Source: Alphaproteobacteria bacterium
GTDB taxonomy: Bacteria > Pseudomonadota > Alphaproteobacteria > MPNO01 > UBA830
Direction: 5' to 3'
DNA: 64,000 bases
Assembly: GCA_965243135.1 (NCBI GenBank)
Contig: OZ251539.1
Span: 832,001 to 896,000, forward strand
Below, piece after piece: positions 60,553 to 64,000 of the stretch; within the stretch, counting starts at the first letter, position 1; each line of letters begins with the position of its first letter. The notes under the pieces were generated by a model. It was not told the origin of the DNA. It did not search any database and saw nothing but the letters and a program-made list of their open reading frames with translations. The position numbers and the translations under genes were made by a program.

Positions 60553-61853
60553 GAGCGCTCTGCGTGGTTTTGGCGGCGCTGCCGCTGGCAAGTTGCTCCG
60601 GGTGGTTCGGCGGTTCGGAAGAACCGCCGCTGCCGGGCGAGCGGATAGGGCTTCTGGCGGCGATCGGCGCCACGGAAGCGGACGAGGCGGTCGCCGGCCT
60701 GGAGATCCGATTGCCGGAGCCGGTCGAGAATCTGGAATGGCCGCAAGACGGCGGCGTTCCGGAACACGCCATGCCTCATCTCGCGATCGGCGAATCGCCG
60801 AGGGTCGCGTGGCGGGCCGATGTCGGTCGAGGAACGGGCGGCGACGCATGGCTGCTCGCGCAGCCGGTGATTGCCGGCGGGCGAGTCTTCACGATGGATT
60901 CCGGCGCGGAGGTTCGCGCCCTGGACGCGGACACGGGCGATCTGGCGTGGAGCCGCGAGCTGTCTTCCGACGACGACGGCATTCTCGGCGGCGGCCTCGG
61001 GGTCGCCGATGGCCGCCTGTACGCCACGACCGGTTCCGGGCAGGTGATCGCGCTCGACGCCGGCAGCGGGGAAGAGATCTGGAGAAAGAGTCTGAACGGG
61101 CCGATCAGGGCGGCGCCCACTATCCGCGACGGGCGAGTCTTCGCCGTCACGATCGCCAACGAGCTTTTCGCGCTTTCCGCCGACGACGGCCGCCAGCTCT
61201 GGACGCACGCCGGCCTCGCCGAGGTTGCCGGGCTGGTCGGCGGCGCGGCGCCCGCGGTCGATCGGGGCGTGGTGGTCGCGCCCTTCACGTCGGGAGAAGC
61301 CGTCGCGCTCAGGGCGGAGAACGGACGCGTCGTCTGGACGGAATCGCTCACGTCGTTGCGCCGCGCGGATGCGGTGACCTCGCTCGCCCATATTCGGGGG
61401 CGTCCCGTGATCGACGGCGGCCTCGTCTATGTCGTCGGTCACAGCAGGCGCACCGTCGCGATCGATTTCCGGACCGGCAACCGGCTCTGGGAAGCGTCCG
61501 TCGGCGGGCTGCACGGCCCTTGGGCCGCAGGGGATTTCGTGTACGTGATGACGCGGGAAGCGGAACTGGTGTGCCTGACGCGCGACGGCGGCCTCGTGCG
61601 CTGGGTGACGAAGCTGCCGCGTTACGAGGACGAGGAGGATCGCGAGGATCCGATCTTCTGGGCGGGCCCCGTATTGGCGGGGAACCGTCTGTTCGTCGCG
61701 GGAAGCACCGGAGAACTGCTGTCGATTTCCCCTGCCTCGGGCGAGGTCGCGGACCGGACGCGGCTTCCGGGTCCCGTGTTGATACCGCCGTCGGTGGCGC
61801 GGAAAACGCTCTACCTGCTTACCGAGGACGCGGAGCTGATCGCGTTCCGCTAA
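60549..61853 (+). CDS. bamB: BamB-like PQQ-type beta-propeller lipoprotein
   Basis: Lipobox LASC; repeated ALDA.TG...W; synteny yfgM-bamB-der. Confidence 0.85.
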   Translation: MRALCVVLAALPLASCSGWFGGSEEPPLPGERIGLLAAIGATEADEAVAGLEIRLPEPVENLEWPQDGGVPEHAMPHLAIGESPRVAWRADVGRGTGGDAWLLAQPVIAGGRVFTMDSGAEVRALDADTGDLAWSRELSSDDDGILGGGLGVADGRLYATTGSGQVIALDAGSGEEIWRKSLNGPIRAAPTIRDGRVFAVTIANELFALSADDGRQLWTHAGLAEVAGLVGGAAPAVDRGVVVAPFTSGEAVALRAENGRVVWTESLTSLRRADAVTSLAHIRGRPVIDGGLVYVVGHSRRTVAIDFRTGNRLWEASVGGLHGPWAAGDFVYVMTREAELVCLTRDGGLVRWVTKLPRYEDEEDREDPIFWAGPVLAGNRLFVAGSTGELLSISPASGEVADRTRLPGPVLIPPSVARKTLYLLTEDAELIAFR

Positions 61854-61862
61854 AGCGCGTTC

Positions 61863-63194
61863 ATGAAGCCCGTAGTCGCCATCCTGGGCCGGCCGAACGT
61901 CGGCAAGTCGACGCTGTTCAACCGATTGGTGGGCCGCCGCGCGGCGATCGTCAATCCGGCCCCTGGAGTTACGCGCGACCGCAGGGAAGGGGAGGCGCGG
62001 CTCGGCGGTCTCGAGTTTCTGGCCGTCGACACCGCCGGGCTCGAAGAGGCGCCGGAATCGCAGGTCGAGATCGGAATGCAGATGCAGGCGCGGCTCGCCC
62101 TGCGGCAGGCCGACGCCGCCCTGCTGTTGCTGGATGCGAGAGCGGGCGTCCTGCCGCCGGACCGGTTCTTCGCCGACGAGGTCAGACGCAGCGGCACGCC
62201 GGCCGTTCTGGTGGCGAACAAATGCGAGTCCGGCAAGGCTGATTCCGGGCTCGCCGAGGCGCACGAGCTCGGTCTCGGCCCGCCGGTCGCGATAGCGGCC
62301 GAGCACGGAATCGGCATGCCCGATCTCGAGGATGCGGTACGGAACGCGCTTGGCGCGGTCTTCCCAGGCGAAGAACGGGAGGAGACGCCGCTGCGGCTGG
62401 TCATCGCCGGACGGCCGAACGTCGGAAAATCCACGCTAATGAACCGTCTTCTCGGCGACGAACGCGTGATCACGAGCCCCGAGTCCGGCACGACGCGCGA
62501 CGCGATATCGGCGCGGTGGGACGGAGACGATACGGTGTTCGAGTTCGTCGATACCGCGGGCCTGCGGCGAAAGGCGAAGGTTTCCGAGAAATTGGAAAGA
62601 CTCTCGGTCGGAGACGCGCTCGAGGCCGTGCGTCTCGCGCACGTCGTGGCGCTGGTGCTGGACTCGAACGAGATGCCTCATCGTCAGGACTTGACCATCG
62701 CTCGGCGGGCGATAGACGAGGGCCGGGCGATCGTGATCGCGGTCAACAAATGGGACGCCGTCGACGACGGACGGGCGGCGTTGCGGCGTTTGCGGGACAG
62801 GATGGAGAGGTCGTTGCCGCAGATCCGCGGAGCTCCCGTCGTCACGTTCTCCGCGCTTACGGGGAAGGGCGTGGACCGCCTTTTGCCGAAGGTGGTCGCC
62901 GCCCACGAGGTCTGGAACCGGCGGATCGCGACCGGGCCGCTCAACCGCTGGCTCGCCGGCATTGTCGACCGCCATCCGCCGCCGCTCTACAGGGGCCGCC
63001 GAATCCGCCTGCGCTACGTGACGCAGTCCGGAGTGCGTCCGCCGACCTTTGCGTTGTTCGCCAGCCAGCCGCGCGGCGTTCCCGAGTCCTACGTCCGTTA
63101 TCTCGTCAACGACCTGCGGGATTCCTTCGAATTTCCCGGCGTCCCGATCCGCATCGAGTTCGGAAGCCGAAGCAATCCCTATGCGCCTGCCTGA
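61863..63194 (+). CDS. der: Ribosome biogenesis GTPase Der (EngA)
   Basis: Two GRPNVGKS/DTAG/NKxD G-domains plus a KH-like tail. Confidence 0.97.
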   Translation: MKPVVAILGRPNVGKSTLFNRLVGRRAAIVNPAPGVTRDRREGEARLGGLEFLAVDTAGLEEAPESQVEIGMQMQARLALRQADAALLLLDARAGVLPPDRFFADEVRRSGTPAVLVANKCESGKADSGLAEAHELGLGPPVAIAAEHGIGMPDLEDAVRNALGAVFPGEEREETPLRLVIAGRPNVGKSTLMNRLLGDERVITSPESGTTRDAISARWDGDDTVFEFVDTAGLRRKAKVSEKLERLSVGDALEAVRLAHVVALVLDSNEMPHRQDLTIARRAIDEGRAIVIAVNKWDAVDDGRAALRRLRDRMERSLPQIRGAPVVTFSALTGKGVDRLLPKVVAAHEVWNRRIATGPLNRWLAGIVDRHPPPLYRGRRIRLRYVTQSGVRPPTFALFASQPRGVPESYVRYLVNDLRDSFEFPGVPIRIEFGSRSNPYAPA

Positions 63195-63216
63195 CCGGGG
63201 CCGACCGGTTTTCTTT
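63194..63216 (+). terminator. Possible intrinsic terminator after der
   Basis: accgg-ggccga-ccggt followed by tttcttt, between convergent genes. The stem is short. Confidence 0.35.
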
Positions 63217-63227
63217 CGCCGCCGCCG

Positions 63228-63929
63228 TCAGGCGCGGACGATTTCGCCGTGCCGCCGGCAATCGGGCGCCGCGAGGTCGACGAATACTCCGGCGACCGCC
63301 TCCGGCGCCTTCAGCGTCGCGGGGTCTTCGCCGGGATAGGCTTCGGAACGAAGGCGGGTTCTCGTAGCGCCCGGATCGACGAGGTTTATCCGCATGCCGG
63401 TGCGTCTCGTCTCCGCCGCCCAGCAGAGCGCGACGGCCTCGAGCGCGGCCTTGCCGGCCGCGTAGGCTCCCCAGTACGGGCGTCCGATCCGGTCCGACGT
63501 GACGAATATCGCGCGTCCCGCGTCCGAAGCTCGAAGAAGCGGATCCAGCCCGCGGATCAGGCGTCGATTGGCGTCGAGATTGACGGCCATGGCCCGGCTC
63601 CACAAGTCGTCGTCGAACTGGTGGATCGGCGCCAGCTCCCCAAGATATCCGGCGTTGGCCACGAGGATGTCGAGCCGGCCGAAGCGGTTCGCCAACGCGG
63701 GGCCGATCCCGTCCGCGGAATCCGGTTCGGCCAGATCGAGTTCCAGCAGGGTGGCGGCGCCGCGTCCTCCGCTTCGGATGGCGTCGTCGACGTCCTCGAG
63801 GCCGCCGCGGGTGCGCGCCGCCAGCACGACGCGCGCGCCTTCGGCGGCGAAGCGAACCGCCACGGCGGCGCCGATGCCTCTCGACGCCCCGGTTATCAGC
63901 GCGACGCGCCCCGACAGGATTCCGGTCAC
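63228..63929 (-). CDS. Short-chain dehydrogenase/reductase
   Basis: TGASRGIG, ANAG and YAAGK motifs; DPGATRT..R..AYPGEDP. Confidence 0.92.
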   Translation of the reverse strand: MTGILSGRVALITGASRGIGAAVAVRFAAEGARVVLAARTRGGLEDVDDAIRSGGRGAATLLELDLAEPDSADGIGPALANRFGRLDILVANAGYLGELAPIHQFDDDLWSRAMAVNLDANRRLIRGLDPLLRASDAGRAIFVTSDRIGRPYWGAYAAGKAALEAVALCWAAETRRTGMRINLVDPGATRTRLRSEAYPGEDPATLKAPEAVAGVFVDLAAPDCRRHGEIVRA

Positions 63930-64000
63930 GCCAGCTGGGTCAGGAAGGAGAGCTGGAGGTCTTCCGCGGGCCGATCCGACGGCGCGACCGGGTATTCGCC
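63926..64000 (-). CDS. purF: 3' end of amidophosphoribosyltransferase (partial)
   Basis: GEYPVAPSD...QLSFLTQLA* resembles the alphaproteobacterial PurF C-terminus. GTGA overlap with the SDR gene fits the usual purF-SDR synteny. Confidence 0.6.
   Translation of the reverse strand, partial: GEYPVAPSDRPAEDLQLSFLTQLA

Overview
GC-rich alphaproteobacterial chromosome segment, probably Rhodospirillales-like (inferred from the GcrA-type domain, the purF-SDR and der-bamB-yfgM blocks, and ppx-rlmE-guaB-guaA). The left half is accessory and catabolic: a Mo-hydroxylase fragment, RidA, two ISAzo13 remnants around a retropepsin-like protease, an orphan DNA MTase, GST, two Rieske oxygenases, an LLM/NIPSNAP pair, otsB-GH15-glk, two tandem ~780-aa Zn-ribbon/TPR/SEC-C paralogs, a Bcr/CflA transporter broken by an intact IS630, a dmpC-E-F-G-H lower meta-cleavage operon, an HD-domain protein, a dienelactone hydrolase and a DMSO-reductase-family enzyme. 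The right half has tRNA-Gln, housekeeping genes, a HEPN-MNT toxin-antitoxin pair after guaA, an LLM plus ABC transporter, maleylacetate reductase and a 1678-aa autotransporter. The most notable signals are: (i) a C19 tract that sets whether upstream ATGs are in frame with the modular, mosaic autotransporter (candidate phase-variable adhesin); (ii) a 69-aa protein made only of the GcrA sigma70-binding domain, under a near-consensus promoter covered by a perfect 12-bp palindrome with PhaR-like boxes; (iii) the tandem SEC-C paralogs; (iv) an IS630 whose reconstructed target is an in-frame amber codon. All calls come from motif recognition by eye; no database searches were run.
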